Counted from the stretch's first letter, positions 51,726-63,199 are shown. The stretch is DNA of 64,000 bases from an uncultured delta proteobacterium (GCA_963827685.1 CAWHBU010000003.1:1120001-1184000); one strand, 5' to 3'. Made by a program: numbers and translations. Notes: generated from the letters alone by a model not told the origin.

Positions 51726-51920
51726 TACTCTGTTTCTAAGTGAAGTGAAAAAGGGAATATCGGACAGGCAGGGGTGTGGATCGAGTATATCGGGGGAAAA
51801 TAATTTCCGGGTTTTGAAGGGTCCGCCTTGGTTGTGACTCTTTGGTTTTTTTATAAAGCAGGGCACAACGCTTTTTCTGGTCTTGGAGTCGCAGAAAAAC
51901 CATTTACGTTAAATAGCGAT

Positions 51921-54900
51921 ATGAAGCCGATTGACAAACATTATTTACGGCTGCAGTTCCGGAACAAGGTCTATCAAAAGAATGCAACCGAATTTCAGAC
52001 CTTTTTTGAAGATATCATGCAAGAAGCCTTCCCTGATTTTCAGAAGATTCGGCCTTACGGAAACCAGGGTGATCGTGCGAATGACGGATACAAACCAGAC
52101 AAGGGAATATACTACCAGGCTTACTCGCCCCAAAAACCGCGAGAAAAGGAAGCAGATGCTGCCAAAAAGCTCAAAAATAATTTCGAGACATTAAAGGCAA
52201 ATTGGAATCAAATCTCCAACATAAAAACATATAATTTCGTTTTTAACGATAAAAACTTTGGAGTAAGCATCGAGATCGAAAGAGCCTTGGCAGAATTGAG
52301 AGATGCTAATCCTCACATTACCTTCAACAAACTCATTGCCAAGGATTTAGAGGACATTTTTTTCACACTGAAACCTGACCAAATGCTTGCACTCGGATTT
52401 GATATTGATTCAAGAAACGCTCTTAGCAACGCACGGGAATCCTTGGCTAAACTAGAAATCGATTTGGACAGAGATAATGGGAGATTTGTTTTGAGAGCTT
52501 TGGAAAATCATAAAGATATTATCTCCAGCCTGAAAGATGAAAGCCTTCTCGTAGACTACGAAATCCTGGAGTGCGGGGCACTACAAAAACTCGAAAGGGT
52601 TAAGGAAGCAAAACAGAAATACGAGAATCTTTGCAAGAGATACCCAAATGACCCCCGCGCCTTCTTATATTTAGCCGAAATTCACTTAAATAATGACGAT
52701 TTCGACAAAAACGAAAAGGCTTTAAGAGAAGCCGAAAGAATCGACAGCAGCCACTGGCTCTTACGACTCGAAAAGCTCATCAGAGAGCGCCGACTCGGAA
52801 TCCAAATTGACCTTACACAGATTGATGAAAACAATTTTCCCACTGAATCCAGAATAAGATCACGGTTCTACCGCTTATATGCAGCCTTCCTCCTACTGGC
52901 AGGCGATCAAGCAAGAGCACAAAGCTTCATTGAAAGAGCTATAAATCTAAACCCTCAAGGAATTAATAACTACATTACTAAACTTTCGATTTCAGAAGGG
53001 CATATCTTCTCCCAAATCGACAATAAAGAAAGGCTGCAAAGCGAGGCGGAGGACCTCTTATCGGAAATTGATACTCTGCAAGAAAAGGTTAATGAATGGG
53101 GTGGCTTAAGCCCAAGAAATCAAGCCGTTCTCACCCTTCAAAAACTTGATGCGCTCCGAGTGCTGGAAAATGTTCCTGAAGTTGAAAGGCTTGCAAAAGA
53201 GAGTTTCGAGCTGATAACGCAATGTTACTTTGACTACTTGATCGATAGTCTCCTCACCGAATTCTTGACGTTCATTGTATTACCCCCAAACGAGCTTGAC
53301 AAATTATTACAGTACCTACAAGGGGCGGAAAAATGCATATCAGACGGCTTGGCAAGAATGATTACTATTCAATTCACTCTCAAAACAACCCTTTTTACCG
53401 AAGGGAAAAAATTTTTTGAAGCAACAAAGAAAAAGGACATTTGGGAGTTTATCGATAATTTAGAGAAGAAAGAATACGATGCAGCCCTGATCTTCCTGAA
53501 GGAAGACCTGTGATTCGCTGTCGCAATGGCAAACACGGCCAAACAGTTTCCTGATTTGCGAAAAAAGATAATTGAGAACCTGCCAGACGACGGAAACATT
53601 CAGAAAGAAAAACTTCTGCTTCTTCTTAATTACGACGAAAAGAACATAAATGAAGCCTTTGATCTGCTTAAGGGAATGGATTTATCGAATTTAAGCTACC
53701 TTGAATGTAGGCCAATCCTAGAAATTGCCCAACAAAAAAAGGCCTGGGACTTCGCAATCAAAGTTGTCGAAAAACTTCTAAAGCACGAAAGAGACAAGCG
53801 GGTCGCTACCCAGCTGAGGCTTCAACTATTCTCAGCAAATTTCAACCTGGGAAGACTTCCAGAAGCCATTCAGATTGGAGGAGAAATATTATCCCATACT
53901 GAAGAGATAGCTTTCTTGGACGATCACAATAAGGAGGTCCTTCTTGGAAACACATTACTAGCGAGATTGAGGCGTGGTGAATACCCACAGGCCAAAGATC
54001 TCTTGGAAAAATACCCAACGCTTTCTAAGACTTTCGAATTTAAGGTCGTAGTTGAGGCACAGGTTTATTTAAAAAATAATGATGCTAATAAAGCTCTCGC
54101 ATCAGTCGTAGCAGGTGTAAAGACACGCAAAACACTCACTCCGGAACAATATGGTAGCCTTTATATGTTTTTCATTCATATAGAAAACCTCATTGATTTC
54201 CACCTCACCCCGCAGGAAAAAGTCCAAGCGGATTCTTTTGTAAAATTGAAAGATCAAGAGAGATGGTATTTTGTCGGAGATCACGAGGAATTGGATGCCA
54301 CAAAAGTCTCACCAACTGATGGAAAGTATTCTAAATTAATGGGCAAAAGCATTGGAGAAAAAGTTACTTTTGAGGATAAGTATCGTTCAACCACGACTGA
54401 ACATATAATAGAAAATATCCTGCCGATCGAAAAGTACATCCTTTGGCAGTGCATGCATCATGCCCAACAACTATCACTCGAACGTAGATGGAATGTGATG
54501 GAAATGATCGAGGTCCCCACAACGGGAGAAGGGATAGACACAAAATACATTGTTGCCCGACTAGAGGATGAAAGAAAGAAGAAAGGCGGCCTTTTTGATC
54601 TCTATTGTCGAGAGAATGTTCCTTTAGCATTTCTCGCGGTTAATGAAGGAGGTCTGAGAGGAGCAATCGCGCGCATAACCCAGGAAAACAGCGGTTTTAT
54701 AAAATTCAGTTCAGGAGATCCAACAGAGCTAAATCACCAGAAAGAGGTAGCAAAGAGAATCATTTCGGGTCAGCCTTTCTATATTGACGGCACATCCGCC
54801 TTAGTGCTTTCAGAACCGGGCATACTGGAAAAGATTTACGAGCACTTACCAAATCTCAAGGTTCCCCAGTCCGTAATCGCTTTCTTGCTAGAAACTGAAG

Positions 54901-55739
54901 GAAAATTCCGATACATGCCTGGACTTGCTGGATATATGGGATACGCCCAGGGAAGATTAACGTTTTCATCTGTTGATGAGGAAACGAGAGCAAGTATTCA
55001 AAGAAACTTTAAACATTCAATAAAACTTCTTGAATCCAAGCCCCAAAATATCACCGCCATTTCTACTGCAAATAAAGTAAATTCTTTCTGTGAACAAGAG
55101 GTCCAAGCAGAATTGTGTGATTCATGCGTATTAGCCCAAAAAGAAAGGGTCCCTGTTCTTACCGAAGATTTTCTCTATCTCCAAGCAAACGAACTTGATA
55201 CTAAAAAGAAGGCCCCCGAATACTGTTCTGCTTTTGCTCTGGCAAGGGTGCTGTACGAACAAAAGAAACTCACTTTCGAAGATTATTTGAAGTTTTTTGC
55301 TTACCTCTCTTCCTATCGTTTCAGATTCCTCCCCATCGCCACTGAGGATATCGGAAAGGCCGTGTTTGGTGATGGCACAATAATAATAGTACAACCTGAA
55401 AGAATTAGATGGTTCAATTTCCCTCTGACGCTGTCAGAACAATATGGTGTTCCTTTCGACCGCGCGTTTAGCGTGGTGGCAGGATTCCTGACGAACGTTG
55501 TGATTGATGATACCATATTCCCAGAAACCGCGGAACGAATCTTTGTTGAAATCCTCTCCACTTTCCCAACAGAAAAAGATAAGAGAATCTTGGGAAAAAT
55601 GTTCTTAACAATCAGCATTAAAGAAATAAATAGGATTCGGCAAACAATATTTATTGGAACCACGGCACAAAAGAAAATCGCTCTGCTTTCGCAGATTGCG
55701 GAAATTTATAGTCCAAAAACCAATCTATGGAAACCTTAA
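51921..55739 (+). pseudogene. REase-like + TPR + GreA/B-C-like + PIN protein with one in-frame TGA (53511-53513)
   Basis: EFQTFF...GDRANDG...YYQAYSP nuclease-like N-terminus, TPR helices, KLMGKSIGE, FYIDGTSAL and VLTED; both ORFs share one frame. Confidence 0.7.
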
Positions 55740-55752
55740 GAAAAGTAGGCCT

Positions 55753-55848
55753 GGGGGCAGACTTAAATATTGACATCTAAGGACAAAAAGAAAGATTGTC
55801 TTGTCTTTGAAGAGAGTAAGGAAAAATCTCAATTATTGAGTCTAACCC
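55753..55848. repeat. About 97-bp repeat module core, copy 1 (right extension to about 55904)
   Basis: GGGGGCAGACTTAAATATTGA...TCAATTATTGAGTCTAACCC. Confidence 0.9.
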
Positions 55849-55940
55849 GAAAGATCCACGAAAACACCATTCTCACTGGGAAAAAAGGGCTTTTCCTATA
55901 GGCTGCTTCGTTGCATGGGAAGGAACAGAATTGAATTACC

Positions 55941-56525
55941 ATGAAACAATTCGGACTTACTGAAGATCAGTTCCAAGAGTTAATGCGGCTTTCTCGTCTC
56001 TACCGCCGAGAGGCTGACCGATCTATGGACGCAAAGGCTTATCTTGCGGGTTGTGTGATGATTGGGGCTGCCCTTGAAGCTTGCCTTCTTGCGACGTGTG
56101 ACTGCTATTCTGACGAGATTCCAGAAGAACTGATTCCTAAACAGAAGAATGGCAAGCCGAAATACCTCTTGGACTGGACTCTTTTTCAGCTTCTTCGCGT
56201 AGCGCGCGAGTGTGGCTGGCTTCCAGCACACCTGAACCTACACGAGAATTGGGACGAAAAGCGGGCTGATATCGGGGATTACGCTGTTGTGCTCAAGGAG
56301 ATGCGAAATTTGGTGCACGCAAGCTGTCACATCGCAGATTTCCCGAAATCCCGAGTCACTAAACGGCGAATGGAGATGTGTTTCGAGATTTTGGAGGTAG
56401 CCAGCACGCACTTGCAGGCCAAACTCTATCAGTCACTGAAGGTGGCAATGGAAGAAGAGGAAAAAAAACACCGAGCGAGTCGCCCCACCGCATGGCCGAT
56501 AAATCCGGCTCACAGTGAGCCGTAG
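55941..56525 (+). CDS. Hypothetical protein, HEPN-like
   Basis: AYLAGCVMIGAALE...MRNLVH. Confidence 0.6.
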   Translation: MKQFGLTEDQFQELMRLSRLYRREADRSMDAKAYLAGCVMIGAALEACLLATCDCYSDEIPEELIPKQKNGKPKYLLDWTLFQLLRVARECGWLPAHLNLHENWDEKRADIGDYAVVLKEMRNLVHASCHIADFPKSRVTKRRMEMCFEILEVASTHLQAKLYQSLKVAMEEEEKKHRASRPTAWPINPAHSEP

Positions 56526-56572
56526 CGTTCGCCTTACATCAAAATATTTCGACGATCTATCCAGAGTGAGAA

Positions 56573-57436
56573 ATGAATACCAATACAAGCTTGATGGAAA
56601 AATTTATTGCAGATAGGAAGAAGCTGAAATCATATTCTAGCCTGAAATATGAATCGCGTGCTCCAAGACCATACCTTTTCATTGACCAGCCTGAAGTTCT
56701 TGCAGGCTTTGCCGGGTATTTAAAATTCCAATGCTTAAAGAAGGATCCCACGACCAAAGTCTTTTGCAGGGGACAGGTTAACGACTACCCAAGCATTCCA
56801 AGTCTTTTCAGAGGTAAAAACTTGTCCGATGACCACCTTAAACGAAGGCTGGCGGCATATGAAGCACTGGTCTGCAAAGCCAAGTACCTTTACAACGCCA
56901 GTCGCTTTCAGCAAGAGAACATTCATGCAATATTGCAGCATTATGGCCTAAAAACCCCCTGGCTCGATTTAGTCGACAATGTCTTCGTTGCTCTTTGGTT
57001 TGCAACTCACAAATATTTCGGTGAGAATAATGGAAATAAGGCGCACTACAAAATATCAAGAAAACAGTTTGGCCATATTTACTTTTACGCAACCACCCCA
57101 AAAACAAAGTATTTCGATTTAAGAGAAAAGCATTCATCGTTGAGCCTACGCTTGCATGTGCAGCATGGAATTTCAATTACGAGAAAAGAAATAAAATGGA
57201 CTCTCGCGAACAGATGTCTTGACGACCATCTTGTTGCAACAGTTAAATTCCCAAATGGAAAAGAATGGCGGCCTAGTGGCCAGATATTTTCCACAAGGTT
57301 TCTTTTTCCATCTACCGACCTCGATAATACATACAAATATCTAAAGATGAAGAAATTCAGCGAATTACTGAACGAGATCAGCCACAGATACCAACTAGGG
57401 GAAGATGAACTTGGCAGAGTCGCCGATTTCGGATAG
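56573..57436 (+). CDS. FRG-domain protein
   Basis: FCRGQ, PSLFR, LQHYGLKTPWLD, VALWFA, QHG. Confidence 0.85.
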   Translation: MNTNTSLMEKFIADRKKLKSYSSLKYESRAPRPYLFIDQPEVLAGFAGYLKFQCLKKDPTTKVFCRGQVNDYPSIPSLFRGKNLSDDHLKRRLAAYEALVCKAKYLYNASRFQQENIHAILQHYGLKTPWLDLVDNVFVALWFATHKYFGENNGNKAHYKISRKQFGHIYFYATTPKTKYFDLREKHSSLSLRLHVQHGISITRKEIKWTLANRCLDDHLVATVKFPNGKEWRPSGQIFSTRFLFPSTDLDNTYKYLKMKKFSELLNEISHRYQLGEDELGRVADFG

Positions 57437-57473
57437 TCTTTTTCAAAAAGAAAAGATAAATGCACCAAAAAAA

Positions 57474-57536
57474 GCCGAACCAATGTATGCAGCGGATCGC
57501 CGATAAATCCGGTCCCTGGTGAACTTTGTGCTAGGA
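57474..57536 (+). other. Degenerate attC site
   Basis: GCCGAAC...ATGCAGCGGATCGCC...GGTGAAC...GCTAGG; related site at 56470-56533. Confidence 0.6.
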
Positions 57537-57549
57537 GCAAAACGAAACA

Positions 57550-58152
57550 ATGAATTCCAACCAGTTCGCTAAGCTCAAGGGGTGGGTAGATTACGACCGC
57601 CCATTCCTCTCGCAATTGACCTACAAGCAGAAAATAATTTGGTTACGGCGGCGATTGAACCTAACGCTGATCAAACCACTGAAATATGTTTATCGAGGAG
57701 TGTCGCGTAGCTCGCAACAATCGGCACTCTTAATTCTTGCCACGATAATTTGTTGTGCAATCGAGGCTATGGGCAAATTTTATATCGGGGGAAGAGGCAA
57801 CAACCATTCCAGGTTCAATGGGTTTCTAAGAGGATTCATGCACAGTGATTTTATGAGTCACAGCATCCAGGGAATGAGGTATGGCGATATCCTCTGGTAT
57901 TACTTTCGCAATGGCTTGGCTCATGGGTTTGCCATTTGCCATGGTGGATTTGAATACCAGGACAGTTATTTTTCAGTCAAGATTAATGGTCCCAAAGAAA
58001 CTCTCTTAATCGACCCTAAGAACTTTCTCGACAACTTTTTAAACGGAGTTAAGAAATACCTCGACGCTCTCCACAAATCGTCACCAACAAGAGACAAAGT
58101 CGCTCGAGATTTCGAAAAGGTTTTCAAGAGTGTGTTCATCGATGGGAAATAG
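57550..58152 (+). CDS. Hypothetical protein, HEPN-like
   Basis: CCAIEAM...FRNGLAHG (RxxxxH). Confidence 0.62.
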   Translation: MNSNQFAKLKGWVDYDRPFLSQLTYKQKIIWLRRRLNLTLIKPLKYVYRGVSRSSQQSALLILATIICCAIEAMGKFYIGGRGNNHSRFNGFLRGFMHSDFMSHSIQGMRYGDILWYYFRNGLAHGFAICHGGFEYQDSYFSVKINGPKETLLIDPKNFLDNFLNGVKKYLDALHKSSPTRDKVARDFEKVFKSVFIDGK

Positions 58153-58312
58153 GGCCCCCAACAAATCATTCGACCGGATGTTCAAAACGTCAGTCACTTC
58201 AAACGGAGACACGTCCGTAAGGCCACCGCCAGAGGACCTGCCAGGGGAGGACCTGCCAGGGGGACGTAGTTGAAAAATAACACTTTACAGATACGGAAAT
58301 GTATAGAACCCT

Positions 58313-58409
58313 GGGGTCAGACTTGAATATTGACATCTAAGGACAAAAAGAAAGAATGTCTTGTCTCTGAAGAGAGTAAGGAAAAATCTCAATGATTGAT
58401 TCTGACCCC
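58313..58409. repeat. Repeat module core, copy 2 (full module about 58258-58454)
   Basis: GGGGTCAGACTTGAATATTGA...TCAATGATTGATTCTGACCCC. Confidence 0.9.
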
Positions 58410-58479
58410 GAATACACCGTTCTCACTCGTCAAAACGACTTTTTCTACAGGCTCGTTATACCCAAGGAGGCGTAGCCGA

Positions 58480-59916
58480 ATGACCGCTCCCAAGCTTTTC
58501 ATTTCCTACAGCTGGTCAAGCGCCGAACACGAACAACGGATCCTGGATCTCGCAACAGAGTTGCGCGAGTCCGGCGTGGACGTCATCTTGGACAAATGGG
58601 ATCTCAAGGAAGGGCATGACGCCGTTGTTTTCATGGAGCAGATGGTTACCAATCCTGAGATCAAGAAGGTCGCAATCATCTGCGATGAGACATATGCAGC
58701 GAAGGCCGATGGCCGTGCTGAAGGCGTAGGAGCAGAGACACAGATCATCTCAAAGGAAGTCTACGAGAACCAGGCCCAGGAGAAATTTGTCGCTGTCGTG
58801 ACCGAAAAGGACGAAAACGGGAAGCCGTTTCTCCCAACGTACTACAAATCGCGTATTTACATTGATCTTAGCGAAGCCGACCGGTACGCAGAAAATTTCG
58901 AGCGACTGTTAAGATGGATATTTGACAAGCCCCTCTACGTCAAACCCGAGCTTGGAAACAGGCCATCTTTCTTATCTGAAGGCGCACATGTTTCTCTGGG
59001 CACGGCTGTCCTCTTCAAGAGGTGCATAGATGCCATAAAAAACCATAAGGCATACGCTGAGGGCGCGTTCGACGAATACTGCAGTTCATTTACATCAAAT
59101 CTGGAACGCTTCAGGTTATTAAAACCGGAAGGAGAGTTTGATGATGCGGTAGTCAAGAACATAGAAGAATTTCTGCCATATCGCAATGAACTTATTCAAC
59201 TATTGACTACGGTTGCTCGGTACTCTCCAACCCCGGAATTCACACAACGAATTCATCGTCTGTTCGAGAGCTTGATCCCGTATATGAACAGGGCTCCGAA
59301 CATTACACATTGGAACGAGTGGGATTTCGATAACTTCAAGTTCACAGTACACGAGTTGTTCCTGTATGCGTTGGCTGTGCTCTTGAAGGATGATCGGCTA
59401 TATCAAGCGAATCTTCTTCTTCAACAGCAATATTATTTGCCAGGGAATTCAGACTATGGTCGAGATGCAATGGTCAGTTTTGTGGTTTTCCGGCAGCACA
59501 TGCTATCGCTAGAACATCGCAACACCCGATTGGATCTCCGCCGGGCATCCATTCGAGCCGATTTATTGAAGGAACGATGTAACGGAACAGGAATCGACTT
59601 CCGTTATCTAATGCAAGCGGATTTCGTCGCCTTCATGCGCGCGGAGGTTGAAGCGAAGAACGACTGGAGCCGTTGGTGGCCTGAAACGTTGCTCTATCTC
59701 GGGCACTTCAATAGCCCATTCGAAATTTTTGCCAGATCTGTTTCGAAGACCTACTTCGATAGGGCCAAGGTATTACTTGCCATTGATACTCCGAAGGATC
59801 TAGAGCCTTTACTCAAGAGCTATCAAGACTGCTCACGAACATTACCCAGATGGCCGTTCCAAGGCTTCAACCCTGCAGTCCTGCTTGGATACGAACACCT
59901 AGCCACTCGGCCGTAA
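58480..59916 (+). CDS. SEFIR/TIR-domain protein
   Basis: PKLFISYSWS...LRESGVDVILDKWDL...GVGAETQII; AGGAGG RBS. Confidence 0.85.
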   Translation: MTAPKLFISYSWSSAEHEQRILDLATELRESGVDVILDKWDLKEGHDAVVFMEQMVTNPEIKKVAIICDETYAAKADGRAEGVGAETQIISKEVYENQAQEKFVAVVTEKDENGKPFLPTYYKSRIYIDLSEADRYAENFERLLRWIFDKPLYVKPELGNRPSFLSEGAHVSLGTAVLFKRCIDAIKNHKAYAEGAFDEYCSSFTSNLERFRLLKPEGEFDDAVVKNIEEFLPYRNELIQLLTTVARYSPTPEFTQRIHRLFESLIPYMNRAPNITHWNEWDFDNFKFTVHELFLYALAVLLKDDRLYQANLLLQQQYYLPGNSDYGRDAMVSFVVFRQHMLSLEHRNTRLDLRRASIRADLLKERCNGTGIDFRYLMQADFVAFMRAEVEAKNDWSRWWPETLLYLGHFNSPFEIFARSVSKTYFDRAKVLLAIDTPKDLEPLLKSYQDCSRTLPRWPFQGFNPAVLLGYEHLATRP

Positions 59917-60055
59917 CCAGGACGGGAAATGGGGGACGTAGGGAAAAATGCAACTCTTCAGTGTTGATACAAGATTAACCATTTTACGCAGCTAATTTAA
60001 TGCTAGAAGGAGAAGCTTTGAAGGTTAGACAGAATGTTGGAGGTCGATTTTTTGA

Positions 60056-60511
60056 ATGAAAGCAACGATTCGATCAAAATCTGATCAGGCGTTTAGACAG
60101 TCTGTCCGACCACTTGGTTTGTTTTTCTTGCTAGCCAGCATTATGATGATCCAGGTCTTCTTTGTTTTTCCAGATGAAGACTGGAGTCAATTTCCATTCC
60201 CTTTTCTCCACTCGGTAGTTGGGAAAAAGTTGTTAATTGCCTTTTCTGATGTCTTGCTTTTTTATATCGGTTTTGGTCTTCTGAGAAAATGGAAAATTGC
60301 ATGGTATACGCTATTCGTATATATCATTAGTGGAACAATATGGATAGCTTTAGGGGCTATCTTTGATTATTTCCCAGGTAATGTTCCAAAATACCTTATG
60401 GGTATGGCAGCCATCTTGATCAATGGGGGAATAGCTATAGGCATCTACTTTGCTACGCGTCCTGCTTTCGTTAATTTACAGAGGGACCAGATGGACGTAG
60501 TTGAAAAATAA
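60056..60511 (+). CDS. Hypothetical membrane protein
   Basis: Four hydrophobic segments; stop codon lies in the repeat's left extension. Confidence 0.7.
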   Translation: MKATIRSKSDQAFRQSVRPLGLFFLLASIMMIQVFFVFPDEDWSQFPFPFLHSVVGKKLLIAFSDVLLFYIGFGLLRKWKIAWYTLFVYIISGTIWIALGAIFDYFPGNVPKYLMGMAAILINGGIAIGIYFATRPAFVNLQRDQMDVVEK

Positions 60512-60544
60512 CACTTTACAGATATAGAAATGTGAAGAAGCCCT

Positions 60545-60640
60545 GGGGCCAGACTTAAATATTGAAATCTAAGGACAAAAAGAAAGATTGTCTGTCTTTG
60601 ACGAGAGTAAGGAAAAATCTCAATAATTGTTTCTGACCCC
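60545..60640. repeat. Repeat module core, copy 3 (left extension from about 60493)
   Basis: GGGGCCAGACTTAAATATTGA...TCAATAATTGTTTCTGACCCC. Confidence 0.9.
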
Positions 60641-60737
60641 GAAGATTTTTATTCCTGACGCGGATTAGCCGCGTCAGCTTTTGGGTATTGCTGATTGCCC
60701 CCGCAGGTTATGCAAATCGTTAGGGCATATACAGACA

Positions 60738-61343
60738 ATGATGTCGAACCTCCACCATAGCGATGATTCAGTGGATTTCTGGGTGTGGATTAATCCGCAG
60801 AATTGGCTCGTAAAGCACCAGATTACTTTCACCGGAGGTTTCACGTCAGGCGGTTTGCTCAAGAAGGGAGCGTCAAATCTGATGTTCATTCCTAATCCTG
60901 AGTTCAAGTCAGATATCACCCCTTTTCAATTCGGCATCATGCGGGAGTACATGGCGGAATATAACCTCGAACTTGGGAGAGAACGTTATTTTGCTGACTA
61001 CCCCAGCCGTTTGAACGCAATCTACCTCTTTACCTCTGAGGCCGAAGCGCATAAATACAAAGAGAGACATATGCAACACGTAGGCGACAGAATCCTCAAG
61101 AAAGTTCACTCGGTGACCCCTTGCGTGTATTCCGTCCATGATTCCAGTTGGGTGGACTTTCTTCGTCTGGCGCACTCTGTGGATTCGGTGTCCCTTGATA
61201 ATGTTAGTAAGGCATACTGGGGTGGCGTGCGCGTCGAGGACAACAAGTTGTTGTCAATGGGAGCGCCTTGGTCACAAGAGGCAATCTTCGAAGCTTTGTT
61301 CCTTGGCCGTATTGAGTTCTATGACAGAAACCTTGATCGCTAA
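60738..61343 (+). CDS. Hypothetical protein, DUF2441-like
   Basis: ELGRERYFADYPSRLNAIYLF...AYW...E. Confidence 0.55.
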   Translation: MMSNLHHSDDSVDFWVWINPQNWLVKHQITFTGGFTSGGLLKKGASNLMFIPNPEFKSDITPFQFGIMREYMAEYNLELGRERYFADYPSRLNAIYLFTSEAEAHKYKERHMQHVGDRILKKVHSVTPCVYSVHDSSWVDFLRLAHSVDSVSLDNVSKAYWGGVRVEDNKLLSMGAPWSQEAIFEALFLGRIEFYDRNLDR

Positions 61344-61404
61344 CAACTCGTGCACCGGACGTAGAGCATAACTGCGTGCCACGCCAGTGAGCACCGCGTT
61401 GGGC
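61338..61404 (+). other. attC site
   Basis: CGCTAACAACTCGTGCACCGGACG...CGCCAGTGAGCACCGCGTTGGGC; gene stop inside R'', R' matches GTTRRRY. Confidence 0.75.
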
Positions 61405-61487
61405 TGATATTGAATCAGCAAAGTCTTAAGATGGACTCAAGTCTTTTATGCACGATATTGGCAGCTGAAAAGGAGGTGGATGTTCTG

Positions 61488-61802
61488 ATGATTAACAGCA
61501 TCATAGCTATCATTTCGTTGTTAACATCCATAATAGCGATAGTTATTTCTATAATGGCATTCTCGTGGAATAGAAAAATTTCAATGCTTCAGGCAGACGA
61601 TAACATAATTAATTATGTGTCTGCTATTTTCAATTTTCTTGAAAAATCAAAATCGCTAGGACCAGATGAACGTGAACTATTTAAAGCTCTTCTCCGTGAT
61701 AGCACCTTTCTGGGGCCAACTACTAAGGAGTTGATAACAGAGAAATACTTCTCCCGTTGGCAAGTTGATGAAGAGCTGGAGAAATATTTTAAATCTATTT
61801 AG
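61488..61802 (+). CDS. Hypothetical membrane-anchored protein
   Basis: AAGGAGGTG RBS, N-terminal TM helix. Confidence 0.65.
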   Translation: MINSIIAIISLLTSIIAIVISIMAFSWNRKISMLQADDNIINYVSAIFNFLEKSKSLGPDERELFKALLRDSTFLGPTTKELITEKYFSRWQVDEELEKYFKSI

Positions 61803-61849
61803 TGAAAATTTCGAAGCCCAACCAGTAGGTTTAGTAGGACTGCAGGCAT

Positions 61850-61945
61850 GGGGTCAGATTTAAATATTGCCCTTAAAGGACAAAAAGAAAGAATACCTTG
61901 TCTTTGAAGAGGGTAAGGAAAAATCTAAATAATTATGTCTGACCC
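61850..61945. repeat. Repeat module core, copy 4 (right extension to 62000)
   Basis: GGGGTCAGATTTAAATATTG...AATAATTATGTCTGACCC. Confidence 0.88.
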
Positions 61946-62016
61946 GAAAGACTCCGAAAACACCCTTCTCACTGGTCAAAAGGACTTTTTCTACAGGCTC
62001 GTTGGTCGGAGAAGAT

Positions 62017-62355
62017 ATGAAATGTCCGCAGTGCGATAATGACTTCTTGTTGACGTGGAAGCGATATATCAAAGCCCCATTGGGCAGGGTGTCCTGTCCT
62101 TCTTGCCATGCAAAGCTCGTATGCACGCATCGTTGGTTCTATTGGCCACTCATGATTCTAGGTTGTTGTATTCTGGGTATTCCTCTGGCCATATTGGGTG
62201 CGAACTATGGTGTTGCCGGCGCCCTGACGGGTTGGTTTATCGGTGCGTTCGGCGTCGGAATCCCATTTGATAGGTTTCTTGAGATCAGGCTCTCAGTGCT
62301 GAGGATGAGACAGAATGAGACGTCCAACAAGCCGACTGGAGGCGATGTCCAATAG
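62017..62355 (+). CDS. Zinc-ribbon membrane protein
   Basis: CPQC...CPSC plus two TM helices. Confidence 0.7.
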   Translation: MKCPQCDNDFLLTWKRYIKAPLGRVSCPSCHAKLVCTHRWFYWPLMILGCCILGIPLAILGANYGVAGALTGWFIGAFGVGIPFDRFLEIRLSVLRMRQNETSNKPTGGDVQ

Positions 62356-62381
62356 GGCGCGCCTCATTCGCGATGTTATGA
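62322..62381 (+). other. attC site
   Basis: GTCCAAC (RYYYAAC)...GAGGCG/CGCCTC...GTTATGA. Confidence 0.7.
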
Positions 62382-62394
62382 GCAGACGAGGCAA

Positions 62395-62907
62395 ATGGAA
62401 TACCTGACAGACATCATGAAACCAGAAGACTGGCAGCAAGTCCGGTCGATCTACCTCGAAGGCATCGCCACGGGCAATTCTACCTTTGAGGCAGATGTTC
62501 CTGATTGGGAGAAGTGGGAGTCTGCTCACCTACCGGAACACCGGTTAGTGGTCAGAGAAGGCGATAGTATTCTGGCATGGGCCGCACTGAGCCCCGTTTC
62601 CAGCCGCTGCGTTTACTTGGGTGTAGCGGAACTCAGTCTGTACGTGGCGGCCGGGCATAGAGGTAGAGGCATAGGGTCAGCCCTGCTTAAGGCAATCATA
62701 AACTCAACCGAAAAGGCCGGGCTGTGGACACTGCAAGGAGGCATCTTCCCTGAGAATACACCGAGCCTCCGCCTCGTGAAAAAGCATGGATTCAAGGAGA
62801 TCGGAAGACGTGAGAGGATAGGCAAGATGACCTACGGTGATCTTGCCGGAACTTGGCGAGACGTTATTTTGGTAGAACGCCGAAGCATTGTGACAGGCAT
62901 AGATTGA
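62395..62907 (+). CDS. GNAT N-acetyltransferase (phosphinothricin/YncA-like)
   Basis: STFE, ELSLYV, RGRGIGSALL, IFPENTPS, WRDV. Confidence 0.87.
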   Translation: MEYLTDIMKPEDWQQVRSIYLEGIATGNSTFEADVPDWEKWESAHLPEHRLVVREGDSILAWAALSPVSSRCVYLGVAELSLYVAAGHRGRGIGSALLKAIINSTEKAGLWTLQGGIFPENTPSLRLVKKHGFKEIGRRERIGKMTYGDLAGTWRDVILVERRSIVTGID

Positions 62908-62962
62908 AAAGACCTCATAACAAGGCGCTGAACCGGATCGCCCATAAGACGAGGAACGGCTC

Positions 62963-63038
62963 GGGGGGAAGTAATTGAAGAATAGCACTTTACAGATATG
63001 GAAATGTGTAGAGGCTTGGGATCAGACTTAAATATTGA
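62963..63038. repeat. Truncated repeat module (left extension plus first 21 bp of the core)
   Basis: GGGGGAAGTAATTGAAGAATAGCACTTTACAGATATGGAAATG...GGGATCAGACTTAAATATTGA, then GTTAGTG. Confidence 0.8.
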
Positions 63039-63133
63039 GTTAGTGATATGATACCACAGTGACTATCGCCCAATAAGCGGGCTTCCCGGTGAGTTTCAGG
63101 TGAGTGATAAATAATTGGGATTTTGGAGATCCC

Positions 63134-63199
63134 ATGTTTTGTCCGAAATGTAGAACTGAATATCGTGAAGGATTTTATGAAAATGGCAATCATATATAA
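63134..63199 (+). pseudogene. Truncated zinc-ribbon gene start
   Basis: GGAG RBS plus MFCPKCRTEYREGFYENGNHI*. Confidence 0.4.

Noticed and set aside
53511-53513. Selenocysteine codon in the TPR-PIN gene
   Set aside because: No redox or Cys context and no convincing SECIS-like hairpin; treated as a probable nonsense codon.
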